A stretch of 64,000 bases of DNA, from assembly GCF_006345805.1 (NCBI RefSeq), contig NC_043003.1:85994001-86058000 (forward strand), given 5' to 3'. The first letter of the stretch is position 1, and every line of letters starts with the position of its first letter. The stretch comes from Octopus sinensis (Eukaryota). The position numbers and the translations under genes are program-made. Below are positions 39,995-52,468 of the stretch, one piece after another. A model generated the notes under the pieces. It was not told where the DNA came from, did no database searches, and worked only from the letters and a program-made list of their open reading frames with translations.

Positions 39995-42604
39995 GCTTCT
40001 TTGAACAGAACAAAAAGTTCAACTCCGACCCCAAAAAGTTCTACCAAGAACTGGGCAAAAATAAAATAGAAGTCACTGCAGCACCAACGGCAGAAGAATT
40101 GGAAGAATTCTGGAGAGAAATATGGTCGGCGAACGAACAGCCAAAAAAAAAGGAGTATGAAAATAACAAACTCGGCATCTGAACAACTTTGGACCCCCAT
40201 AACAACTGAAGAGGTCACCCAGGCACTGCAAAAACTAAGCAACTGGAAGGCACCTGGGCATGACAAGATCCCCAACTTCTGGTTGAAATATCTAACAGGA
40301 ATGCACAAAAAGCTGGCTGAAAACTTTAACAGCATACTAGCAGAGCCAGAGACAATGCCTGAATGGCTCACGAAGGGGAAAACCATCTTAATTCCCAAAT
40401 CAAATGAAACAACAAAACCAGAAAACTACAGACCAATAACCTGCCTCCCTTCTATGTTCAAGGCATTTACTGCAGTGATATCGCAAAGGCTGAACAAGCA
40501 CCTGGACGAAAACAAACTGTTCCCAGAAGAGCAGAAAGGATGCCGCAAGGGCTCATATGGCTGTAAAGATCAACTAATGATTAATAAAGCCGTAACTGAA
40601 GACAGCCACAGAAAGAAGAAAGGCCTCAGTATGGCCTGGATTGACTACAAAAAGGCGTTTGATAGCATCCCCCACACATGGATCCTCGAAACACTAGCCA
40701 TTAACAAAGTAGCACCAACAATCATAAAATTCATAGAGCACTCTATGAATAAATGGCAAACAGTCCTACACCTCCAAACAAAAGAGGGACTCATGAAAAC
40801 CAAAGACATCCCCATTAGAAGAGGAATATTCCAGCGAGACACGCTCTCTCCACTCCTTTTCTGCTTGGCACTGTCACCTCTATCTGATATGCTAAATAGA
40901 ATTGGATGCGGATATAAATGTTACGGCAAAACGATCAACCACCTTTTATATATGGATGACCTAAAACTATACGCTGCAAATGACAAACAGCTGGAAACAC
41001 TATTAAAGACAGTTCATGGATTTACCAAAGAAATAGATATGAAATTTGGATTAGAAAAATGCGCCAAAGTAACCATGAAAAGAGGAAAACTAGTTAAGAG
41101 TAACAACATCACACTAGATAAAACCAATGAAATAAAAGAATTAGACCAAAGCCAAACTTACAAATACTTAGGAATCCATGAACTAGATAAGACACAACAC
41201 ACACAAATGAAAGAGAAAATAAAAAAGAATATTATAGACGAGTTAGATCAATACTAAAAACAGAGCTCAATGCTAAAAACAAGATAATAGGTATCAACAC
41301 TTTAGGTGTCCCAGTTATAAGTTACAGCTACAATATCCTTAACTGGACACGAAATGAACTGTCCAAAATAGATAGGAAAACAAGAAAAATACTGACAGGA
41401 TCTAGGATGCATCACCCAAAATCTGACATAGAAAGACTATATATACAACGTATAGAAGGTGGTAGAGGCCTTATACAGCTGGAAAACTACTATAAAATAA
41501 CCACCATAGGACTGCAAAAATACCTACTTCAGAAGGAAGGAAAACTGATCCAGATAGCAGCAAAACACGAGCAAAACAAAAAACTGTTCTCAGTATTTAA
41601 GGAAGCTGACAAATACAAACAAGAAATCATACCACCTAATAAACACAAAGAAGAAGAAGAAGATGATGAAGAAACAACAAAAGCTATAAAACAAATGAAA
41701 TCCAAACTAAAAATAGAACAGCAACGAGCCATGATAAAACGATGGCAAGAAAAGCCCCTTCATGGTAAATACTGCACTAAACTAAACGCAAAAGAAATAG
41801 ACAAAGAAAAATCCCAGCAATGGTTGAGAAGCTCAGGACTCAAAGCAGGAACAGAGGGATTTTTAATTGCAGCACAAGACCAAAGCCTCCCCACCAGAAA
41901 TTACCAAAAACATGTAATGAAAAGAAATATTACAAGTAACTGCAGAATATGTGGAGATGGACAAGAAACAATAAATCATATTATCTCTAGCTGCCCAGTC
42001 CTGGCTAAGAAGGAATATATTGACAGACATGACAGAGTTGGAACCTACATACATTGGAAGCTATGCCAACATTATGGAATAACAACAGAAAAAAAGATGG
42101 TATAGGCACAACCAGAAAAGGTCACAGAAAACGAGAAAGCAACCATACTCTGGGATATGCCGATACACACAGATAGAGAAATTAAGGCCAACAGACCAGA
42201 TATAGTTGTCAGAGATCATGAAGAAAAAAAATGCTTTCTAATTGATGTATCAATACCGGCAGATGACAACGTGTCTCTAAAAGAAATGGAGAAACTCTCA
42301 AAATACAAAGACCTGGAAATAGAGGTAACTAGAATGTGGAACCTGAAAACAGAAGCAATTCCTATCATAGTAGGTGCATTAGGCATGATAAAAAAATATT
42401 CAGACAAATACATAACAAAAACACCAGGACTTACAAACACATATAACATACAGAAAATTGCACTACTAGGCACTGCACACATCCTACGCAGAACACTTTC
42501 CATACAATAACCATCAGAGCATCACAACAAATCACAGCACATACCCAAGACACACAGAGCTGCGCTCGGTAGTGAAGTGAAAGCACGCTATAAAAATAAA
42601 ACTA

Positions 42605-42607
<3 letters not shown>
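39994..42607 (+). mobile_element. 5'-truncated R4/Dong-like non-LTR retrotransposon (RT, CCHC knuckle, restriction-like endonuclease) inserted in (AAT)n
   Basis: RT motifs WIDYKKAFDSIPH, QRDTLSPLLF and HLLYMDDLKLY; CRICGDGQETINHIISSC; REL RPDIVV..IDVSIP..KLSKY; ~97-bp 3' UTR; (AAT)n at 39802-39993 and 42608-42669; reading frame broken by 1-bp indels. Confidence 0.93.
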
Positions 42608-42671
<64 letters not shown>

Positions 42672-42742
42672 TCGAAAAATACCTTAGGTTCGAAATTTCG
42701 AAAAATAACATCGAAAAATACCCAGGTTCGAAATTTCCCTAA

Positions 42743-42788
42743 GATACCTGATGAAGGCTTTAGGGTATATCAGCCGAAACGTTGTGTT
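42743..42788 (+). ncRNA. Putative minimal type-I hammerhead ribozyme (Penelope pseudo-LTR type)
   Basis: Stem I GATAC(42743-47)/GTGTT(42784-88); core CTGATGA 42748-54 plus an extra A; stem II GGCT/AGCC; GAAA 42776-79; palindromic ACGT stem III; predicted cleavage after GTT at 42783. Confidence 0.7.
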
Positions 42789-43306
42789 AACAACAAACAA
42801 GATGACAAATATCCGTCAAAAGTAAATAATGTAAATAACATTATTATTATTATTATTAAGGCGGCGAGCTAGCAGAATCGTTTGCACGCCGGGCGAAATT
42901 CTTAGCGGCATTTTGTCTGTCTCACGTTCTGAGTTCAAATGCCGCCGGTGTCGATAAAATGAATACCAGTGGAGTACTGGGGCTGATGTAATCGACTCTT
43001 CTCCTCTCCCAAATTTTCCCCAAAAGGCGCTGTTACACATCACTTTATAATTCAAAATTTAGTATGTATATATGCGTGAGGGGGTGTATATAAAAATGTG
43101 TGTGTGCGTGTGTGTGTGTGTATCTTTCAGTTTGGTCCCCCATTACTGCTTGACGACCGGTGTTGGTTTCTTTACGTCCCCATGACTTAACAGTTCGGGA
43201 AAAAAACGGAAAAAGTAAATACCAGGCTTTAAAAAATAAGTACTGGGGTTGATTTGCTTAACGAAAGATAAAATGATAACACACACACACGCACACACAT
43301 ACACAC

Positions 43307-43350
<44 letters not shown>

Positions 43351-46300
43351 ACACACACAATAGATTTCTGCAGCTTCAGCCTTCTAAATGTCCAAATATA
43401 TTGGCTATCCAAAGTTCCATTTGCACTGTTTTTGCAAGATTTTTCCCAGAAAAATCGAACCAAAAACTACGTCTTTGTGCAGCAAGTTTTTCAATTACAC
43501 ATCTTCCGTAATGGCTAAGTCGGCCTACAGATTTCATCACGTTATTATTTTCCTTTGATCAGAGCGGCCAATTGTTGGAGTAACATTGGTACTGATAGAC
43601 TGGCAATCATCAGACACCATTGGTCCTTGTCATCTGTCGCAGTAAAGAGTCGTTGTGTGGGGACCTGTCCACGCGTTAATGTTAATAGACTAAGAGTTTC
43701 ATTATCTTCTTTTACTTCGATCTTTCCGGTTCCACTGCAGCAAAATGTGGTCTTTGTTTTCCAGCATATTGCTTGGCTTGCTGCCGAACAAGCTGTTTGT
43801 CTTGCGCCTCCACAATTCAGTAACTTTTATTATAGCTAACAACAAATTAATCAAACAAATTAATCAATCTAAGTTCCTCAGTCTTAGTAAATAATATAAT
43901 AACAAACAAACTACATGAGATAGTAAAAAAAAAGCGTCGGCCATCTGTCCTGATTACATAACTGACTGTTGTGTGTTCGAGAGGGAAGTTAGCGTAACAA
44001 ACAGGAAAGGGTCACACAATCTGTAGATATAACGGCACTGTTACTTGTTTAGTTACAAATATTCTATATATTTCTCACGTCATCTATGACTTGCAGTAAT
44101 CATTAGAACATGCTTCCCCGTGGAGGTCCAACCAAATCGAAGCATGCCTGGAATTGTCAGGGAACTGCTAATGATTAGATTCAGTCTCACTACATTTTAA
44201 TGACTTAAATTAAAATTCTTAATTGTCTCACCTTGCGTACGTTCGCTAAAATTAGTAATTTAGAAGATTATTGCTTTCACCATTAAGCTTATATTTTCAC
44301 TTAATAACTTGGCTTCCTCTGTTCAGTTTCCTGGCACACATTTTATTTATTCAAATTCTCACAATAACTACTGAAGTAAAATGCTCTAGAAAGAACGAGT
44401 AGAACCAAAGTAAATTCAAATGTTTACTCCTGTTAAAGTGGGCTTTATTCATTTAGATAATAACAATTTTTAAAAATCATAAATTGACCTAGATAATGAT
44501 CGAGTTCACCAGCACAGTAAAATACCCGCCTATCTCTTATAGTTTTTAATTTTGTGTCAGTATATTTAGCTTTATACTTTATGATCGATAAAAATTAATA
44601 CAATTAATATAGCGAAATCGAGTCAACTGACTCCATTTTATCTTCAATAAATATTAGTCATGTGATTAGCGAAAATCAGACAATTCCTCCATTTTAGCAA
44701 CAACATATCAATTCTCAAGACTATTCTTACTTTTTACAGCATCAGCTGAATAGAAATATGAATTAAAACAGAAATTTCTACAATCGATACGATTTTATGT
44801 ACACTTGTATGTATAGTCTGAAGCATTTTTTACTTCCATGAATAGTGATTTTGAATAGAATTTGTGACAGCGTACAATAAAATGCTACAGACTGTTATAT
44901 CTACATCCTTAATAATCAGCTAATATCTAGGCCAAATAAAAAAAGTCGTTGTTTTCCTTCCAAAAATAACAATCTCTTTATTACATTTTTATGCATTGGT
45001 AATAAATCACAAAATGGGTGGAGTTAGTTTATTTACTAACCAACAATTGCTAATCCGTAATTTCACCCTATGTCATGTGTGCATGTCATATAATCCTTCA
45101 TTTAATTATGAAGAAATCGATGACATTTTAAGGCTTGAAGTAAATTTCATCAGATGTGGACGAAAATAAACAATAGTCAAATTACAAATATAATAGCTAA
45201 AATTATTAATGCATAAAGCAAAAGATTTACATCAGTATTTTTATTGCTTTTTTATTTGCTAGACAACGCATAAATGAGAAAATGATGCATAGATGAAAAA
45301 GAAAAACAACAACAACAAAAAGCAAAGTCACTCAGTAGCATTAGAATTATACAGCATATAAAAGATCTTGACTAAATAATGTGGTGAATTATTCTGGCGT
45401 TGTACTAATTCTGCTTAATAATTACCCTCTGACTAATTTAGAATGCCGCAGAAAAAAACCTTCCACTCTAACATAGCAAAGAATGGCGAATCTGAGTTTG
45501 CTTAGACGCACCATATATATTGATCAATGTTTCCAGGCCTATAGTTTAACAGTATCATGACAGTATCTGCCATTTATTTGTTCTGATGAAGCAAAATAGA
45601 TTAATTTTTTTTTTAGACAGTAAACTGTAGCTTTTAGCTTTTTATTTATTTTACTTACAATTGCTGAGACCATGCTGGAACAGTACGTTAATAATATTTT
45701 AAAAATGTTTTAGTAATAAACTCCTTAATTTTCACTGGAGTTACATAGGGATCTGAACCGAGTCGTGAACTCATATTATACGGAACTAAATTGGAAATTA
45801 TATAAGGCATTTTAATCTTACGTTCAATTCTCTTAGGCATTATTTTTAGTAAAGATTAAATTTGGTTTTTCATGTTGAGATCTGATGAAGAAAATAAATT
45901 TCTCAGAGATGTAGAAAAACAAAAAGACAAAAACAAAAACAAACAAAACAAAAAAGCAAGGAAGCAAAAACAAAATACGTAATTTTGGTTGAAAGTCTTT
46001 TACGAAAATTCGATTAAGGAAATGTACTTAAAAGAATATTAGAATTCTCTGATCCAATTCCCAAAGGATAAGATATCATGCTAATAATTTCGAAAAGTTT
46101 AAAAGTTTTTGATATGAACAAATATGAAGGATATTGTTTTACGTGTCTGTTTGAATAGATTTATTGAACTTGTTTGGTTTCACGCCAGTTTGAAGTGCCA
46201 GCTACTGACATGTTCTTCTGACACACTTCAAATAATTTTCGTAGGCAGTCCTGATATAATACGCTAAACCTTATTTGGTGAAACGAACTATGCTAGATAC

Positions 46301-48348
46301 GTTATGCAAACAAAATATTTTTTTTTTGTATGATTTTCTCTGCATGTTTTGTTTTGTTTTGTTTTTCATTTAGCACTATTACTCCTGACTCAACCTTCAT
46401 ATGAAAATATTTGTCCTGAACTGAGAATTTTACAGTTCTTTTTTTATATTTTTGATTCTAGCAATCAAATAGCAATAAAAATTCTCGATGCTTTAAAATT
46501 TTGTTATTGGAAAATTATGTTTTAAAATCATTAGAGTTTTCGGTCGAGAGAATTTGAATAAGTGACTCAACAAGTAGACAGCTAATTAATTTAATGATGC
46601 TTTTTTTGCGGTAATATATAGAATCTTTTCTATACTCGATTTTTCTGTGAACAGTGTCATTAACTATGCAGAGTTGAAGCTTACTGGCTATTTATACTGC
46701 TATTTTTATTACACTTGCAACGACCTAATCTTTTCAGCAACAACTAGATATGTTTGAATTATTTTTGCATAATTATTGCGTTGCATTGCTTTATTCAGTT
46801 TTAATTGGCAAGACCTCGTTGTCAATAAAAACATACATTATTTTAACCTTGAAGCAAGAATAATTATACTGATTTACCACATTGACACAGGCCATAAATT
46901 TGTGGTCTGATCGACTGATTCAGATTCTGAACATAATTAGTAATTGCTCTATAATCTTCAGCTGGATCAAAGGCAAAGTCCAGAAGCGGTACGATCTAAT
47001 CTCAACAGACAGAGACAAAACCTAACATTTTGATGCATTTAGTTCGGTGCTTTGTCATTCCTAACATCAATTGTCCTGATAAAAATTTTAAAATTTAATA
47101 TAATTCAGGAAAACAGACGCTAAGATAAATGTTTTTTAATTGGTTAGATTATTGAAATTTAGGTCATTTTTTTTCTAAGCGAAAGCTTCATAAATAGTAT
47201 TTTAGGACTGTTAACTTAATCTTTTAGGACTGTATCTTAATATTTTATTTCGTATTCTGCAAATCTGACATATACATCATTAGGTATTGAACCTTGAAAC
47301 AGAAAGGTTGTAAATAAATAGTATGAGGCAATCTATTGTTTTAGCCTTTCCACTCGACTTCCCTAATACGAATTATTTCAGAACATAATTATTTAAACCA
47401 GATACTGTATGGCAATTTGTTCAGTGCTCTCCTGTTTTTCTTACACAACTGTACCTTCATTACCCGGTCTGAAGGTAATGAAGGTAATGAATGTCTCCGT
47501 ACCCAGCTGCTGCTGCTGCTGCTGCTACTACTACTACTACTACTGCTACTACTACTACTACTACTACTTTTTGAGAGGTACAAGTCCGCAGAAGACGGTA
47601 GAGTAAAATAGTTTATGTCGGTTCCAATTCTTGACTAGTACATAATTTGTTAACCCGAGTAGGAAAGAAGAGAATGCAAAGAGTTAACTTTGGCGGGATT
47701 TGGAATTCGTGTGTTAAGGTATATAACTATAGGTCACCTCATAATTACAGCATTCTAGACCCAAACTCACTGCGTTAGCACCTTGAGCATGTGTCTTCTA
47801 TAATCTTACGTTGACAAGTTCGTTGTGTGTGGAATTTGGAATTTAAAGAATGGAGTCTGTGTCGAACCCTGTCGTGTATAAACGCGCACATGCATACTCA
47901 CACTCATGCAATGCTTAGCTGTCATTCGCAAGAGTGCGTGACCTGGTAGCTTTCGCTAGTTGTTGTGGGGCACCCACTCATACCTATCCTACCTCCTGAT
48001 GCAGTGAAATATCGAGGGCGTAAGTGCTAGAGGGAGAAAGAGCTGCATCAGTTGCCGATGAGTGGATCGGATCAGCGTTTCTTGCTCAATGATGCAGTGC
48101 ACTATCCGGTCTAGGATTCGAACTCAGAACTTTATGATCGAGAGGTCAGCATCCTTAACCCTTAGGCCACTCACCTCCACACATACACACGCACACACAT
48201 ATGCATGCCGACACATACGTAGTACTGTACACAGCGTATTCAAGTACAGTATATCATTCCATGATATACTGTACTGTTCTAGTGTGCGGTCGCCCAACAC
48301 CACACCCGATAAACTCTACACTGTGGTAGCGTTTCCACACACACACAT

Positions 48349-48416
<68 letters not shown>

Positions 48417-49079
48417 ATTATAGTATCTCTGATTCTAATAATATTTATTTGTAATTTTTGGCATTGGATTTACAGAATTCATATGAAAATGAACAATTTA
48501 CAGCATGTCATGTTATATATACACGTGTGTGTGTGTATGTGTGTGTATTGGTATCTTTCTTTTTGCTTTTTAACTTTACTATCTTCTTTTTTTCTCCCTA
48601 CACCAATTCATGTACGTGCCAATTGTGATATTTGTATTGTCCTCATTAGACCGCACTCTCGCCTGTCCCCGATCAATCTATTAAAAGTTGGCTTGTGCTG
48701 TGTATAGGAGAGCTCATACACACACACAAACACAATCGTAATTAACTCCCTTAGTTTCACCGGAGTTACATGTTTAGCTAAACCTAGTCGTATTGAACTC
48801 ATAATATAGACCAATAACTGGATGTAAGTCATATAATCCTACACAATATATTCTTAGATATCATTTTGACTAAAAGCTTTTCATTAAAGAACATGAGATT
48901 TTCTAAGATATGTCAACAAAAAAAAAAAAGACGAAAAGTGTGATTGAAAGTCACGTCACTTATGCTGTTTAAATGAGTATAAAACAGTTTTCTAGTTCAA
49001 GACGTGTTCCTTATGTTGAGTAGTTTAGTAGTTCGACAAAACGATATAAAAAAAAAATAAGTACCACATTGATACAGTT

Positions 49080-50050
49080 ACAAGGATCGCTATGATATAT
49101 TAAAGATTTTGAAGGCAGTTTTCCCATAACGCTCGTAGTCCAAAGACGGAAACCAGCAAAAGAATATAGTGTTAAATCTAGCTCTATATACTTTTTGTGG
49201 GATGTTCTGGGAGAAAGTAGAAAGGCATATAGCCTTTACTGACTCTTCGAAAGAAGCGAAATCAATGCAGTTGATATTTCTTTTGAACATGAAGTTGATT
49301 CATGCATGAAAGTATGGGTAAAGAGGGATCAAAATAGACAACGTTATGGCGTGGAAAATTTGTTTAGTGTGAAGGCAGACACAGTATGGGTCTTAAAAGC
49401 AAAGGCCATTATAGTAGTGGTATAAAAGTTTGTGGAAACAGTACGTCTGTTAGTCAAAAGCCATAGTGGTGTTGGCATCTCCATGTAAATTACCAGAGCG
49501 ATTTATCTACGGATGCAGTTTTCATGCATAGCAGTAATGTCGTCCAAAATATGTTTGTAGTATTCCACAGTGGGCTTTACTTGTAAAATTTTGTACAGAA
49601 TTAGCACTTGTTGGGGGATGAAGCAATGTCTAATCCTACAGAGAAGTCTAGTTTTCCGGAAATAAGGTTTAATATTATGTGTGTAAGTCGTTAGTAATTG
49701 TGAAGCCTGTCACTTGTAGTCATTGTGTAGTGCTCTAGAGGAATTTTACCAACGGATGCGGGCAAGGAAAGTGTGTGTGTGTGTGGGGGGGGATTTCTCC
49801 ACAAGATAACTAAGTCATCGATCAAGAAGTTGAAGATAGGTGAGTAGAGATCAACGAAAGGGTTTGCAGAAATTGTGAGGGTGGTAGTGTTTGTGAGGAT
49901 GGTAGTATTTAAAAGATGAATTTGTAGTGGTGGGCGTTATTCTTTTAAAGAGTTGTAGGTTCGAAAATGCTGTAACACTGCTACGAGTAAAACATTGGTG
50001 GATTTAGATTTGTGTGTTTTGATTCTAAATTCATTGATGGGGTTGTGTGT
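49080..50050 (-). mobile_element. Old degenerate LINE RT fragment (CR1/L2/Jockey group)
   Basis: Remnants QHHYGF and NINCIDFASFEESV (cf. V.CIFLDF.KAFDSV); many stops; boundaries approximate. Confidence 0.4.
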
Positions 50051-52324
50051 TTTGGTTGAATACTAGTAAATCTATAAGAAACTGCAGGCGTAATAATCTA
50101 CTGTTAACAGGAAAGACAACTGTACTAAACAAGCATCCATTCGGAAACGATGAAATAATTATTAAACTGATGCATATTTTAACAGCTTGAATAAGAATGT
50201 CAAATATTTTAGAGTTGGAGGTTTCAATGCTCTGTTATAGCAATTTAATATTTATGAAATTAGAAGTCGAGAGTTATTAAACTTGATGAATCAAAACGTG
50301 AACAATAAATATCTCATCTCACACATCAGGCATATACATGAAATGAAATATTAACACAAAGCGATCAATTGAAAATAATATTGCATAAAATTTAGTTAGC
50401 TATACGGACACATTATAAGCTGTTCTGTAATACGGCTATAATTGTAGCATGTTTCCTATGCATTAAGTCAACTTAAAATTCAATACGATGTTACCAGGAT
50501 CTATTTGTCCGATCAAACAATTATTGTTCTATATTAGAAGAGTCAACTTCTCCATTAATATCATCCTGTAAATTGCAATCGTAATTCATTTCTTCATCTT
50601 TAATTTGTTGGTTACTCGTATTAGACCTTCAAATAATTTCTGTGACATATTTGTGCAATTATATGTAGGGATCCTTGAATCACTACGTGAATGTTTCTAA
50701 AGTACATTATTTGTTTTGGCACATAATTTCAGATTAAAACATTCGGTTTGCCTTTTATTTTTTCAAGATTCAGAAATAAGTAACAGATATGTGCTGGGAT
50801 TGTCATTCCTCGCCTAAAGCGTGGCATTTTGGGGCATTATATAATAAATTAAATCGATCTTATATTTCTGCTGATCATTTTATAGATGCCCCATCGATAT
50901 ATTAATTTACATGTAGAAGATCACTTTACTGTGTAAAGGTATCTAATTCCCACCATCCCTATCAACTTTATTTATGCTTATAATTTATGGTGCATCTTAA
51001 CTGTCACATAGAATAGTATATAAGCATTGGATCGTTTGACACTAGGCCTAGGATTAATATCCATTCCTGTTCTGTTAGGAAAATATCAGGGACTTTAACG
51101 ACCTAGGCTTTCATGTATGTATAAACAAATGTACAATACATAAGAATAATAGAATTGATACAATAATTCTGAAAATAAACAAAAGATGTTGAGATAAGTT
51201 TTAACACAATTAAGTTTTAGCATTTCTTATCTACTACTCTAATTATATTTTAATGAAATCAGCTTTGGCCGATGAATAAGTATTATGAAATATAGGAGCA
51301 GGCATGATTATAAGGTTAAGAAGCTGGCTATGCATCACGTGGTCTCGATTTCAGTGTCACTGCACGGCACTTTTGGGCAAATGTCTTCCATTATAGCACC
51401 CCGGCCCGACCAATGCGTTGTGGATGAATTTGGTAGATGGAAACATATATTTATATATGTGCGTATGTGTGCGTCTTGGAGCCTGTGTTTGTTCCCCACC
51501 ACTCTTTGACAACCGATATTGGCTTCTTTACGTTCGTATGATTTATCAGTTAGACCGGCCGGACATACAGCTTAAGTATCATATTTAAAATTAAGTACAG
51601 ATGGATAGATTTGTTTGAGTGAAATCCTTCAAGCTGGTGACCCAGCATGGCCGCAGGCCAGTGATTGAAGCAAATAAAAAATAAATGATAAATCGAGTAG
51701 GAAATACATCTCAATACAGATTAAAATTGATAAAATGCAAAAACAATTAAATGGTTTTAATGCTCAAATAAATATACTTGTGACTTTGAATCTAATATTC
51801 TCAATATCATATTATTTAAAAAATCCAAAAAGCAACAACAGCATACAAACATCTTCCCTGCCATTCGTTTTGCATTCAATTCATAACCCGTTTATCCAAT
51901 ATTAATGTTTACATTGATTACTGAGACATATATCTTAGACAAATCTTATCTTAATATTCAACTGATTGTTTGTTTTGTGAACCATAAAATGCAGAAAAAT
52001 TATTTCTCAAGGAATACAGCGAATTAAAGTGGGAAATATATATAAAAAACAACAAAAGATAAGAAAATGCAAAGAAACAATCATGAAGCCAAGATTTGCT
52101 ATAGCTTCTTCATTGAATAAGAAATTTCATTTGTACAACTCAATTATTACAACCAAATCTCTCAAACGTAAACAATTCTTACTATGATGGAATAATGAAA
52201 TTAATGTTTTATTGGATATATAAGGCACGTATGATGTCACTTTACAAGAGGAAAATGCTCTGAGACGTCACATAAATGAAAATAAAATATCTAATCAACA
52301 AATAAAATGTAGATAAAATCTTAC

Positions 52325-52468
52325 AGGTTTTCCAGTCTTTCTAATCCTGTAAAAGCACCATTCGGGATTTCTCTGATGAAGTTATTACCCATAATTAAGT
52401 CTCGGAGTTTGCTAAGACCTCGAAATGAATTTTCTTTCAGTTGCATGATTTTATTATTGTAGAGGTTT
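52325..52468 (-). CDS. Internal coding exon C (144 bp, two LRRs, phase 2-2) of the same LGR gene
   Basis: Acceptor ttttctttttcag, donor gtaaga. Encodes NLYNNKIMQLKENSFRGLSKLRDLIMGNNFIREIPNGAFTGLERLENL, two canonical 24-aa LRRs. Lies within ORF 52321..52521. Confidence 0.93.

Noticed and set aside
43555-43839. Moderately GC-rich block with open frames (WTGPH motif)
   Set aside because: A single short motif only; no supporting integrase or LTR features.
50590-50695. Minus-strand frame YNCTNMSQKLFEGLIRVTNKL, superficially LRR-like
   Set aside because: No phase-2 splice sites, wrong N-x-I spacing, and the four real exons already form a contiguous repeat series.
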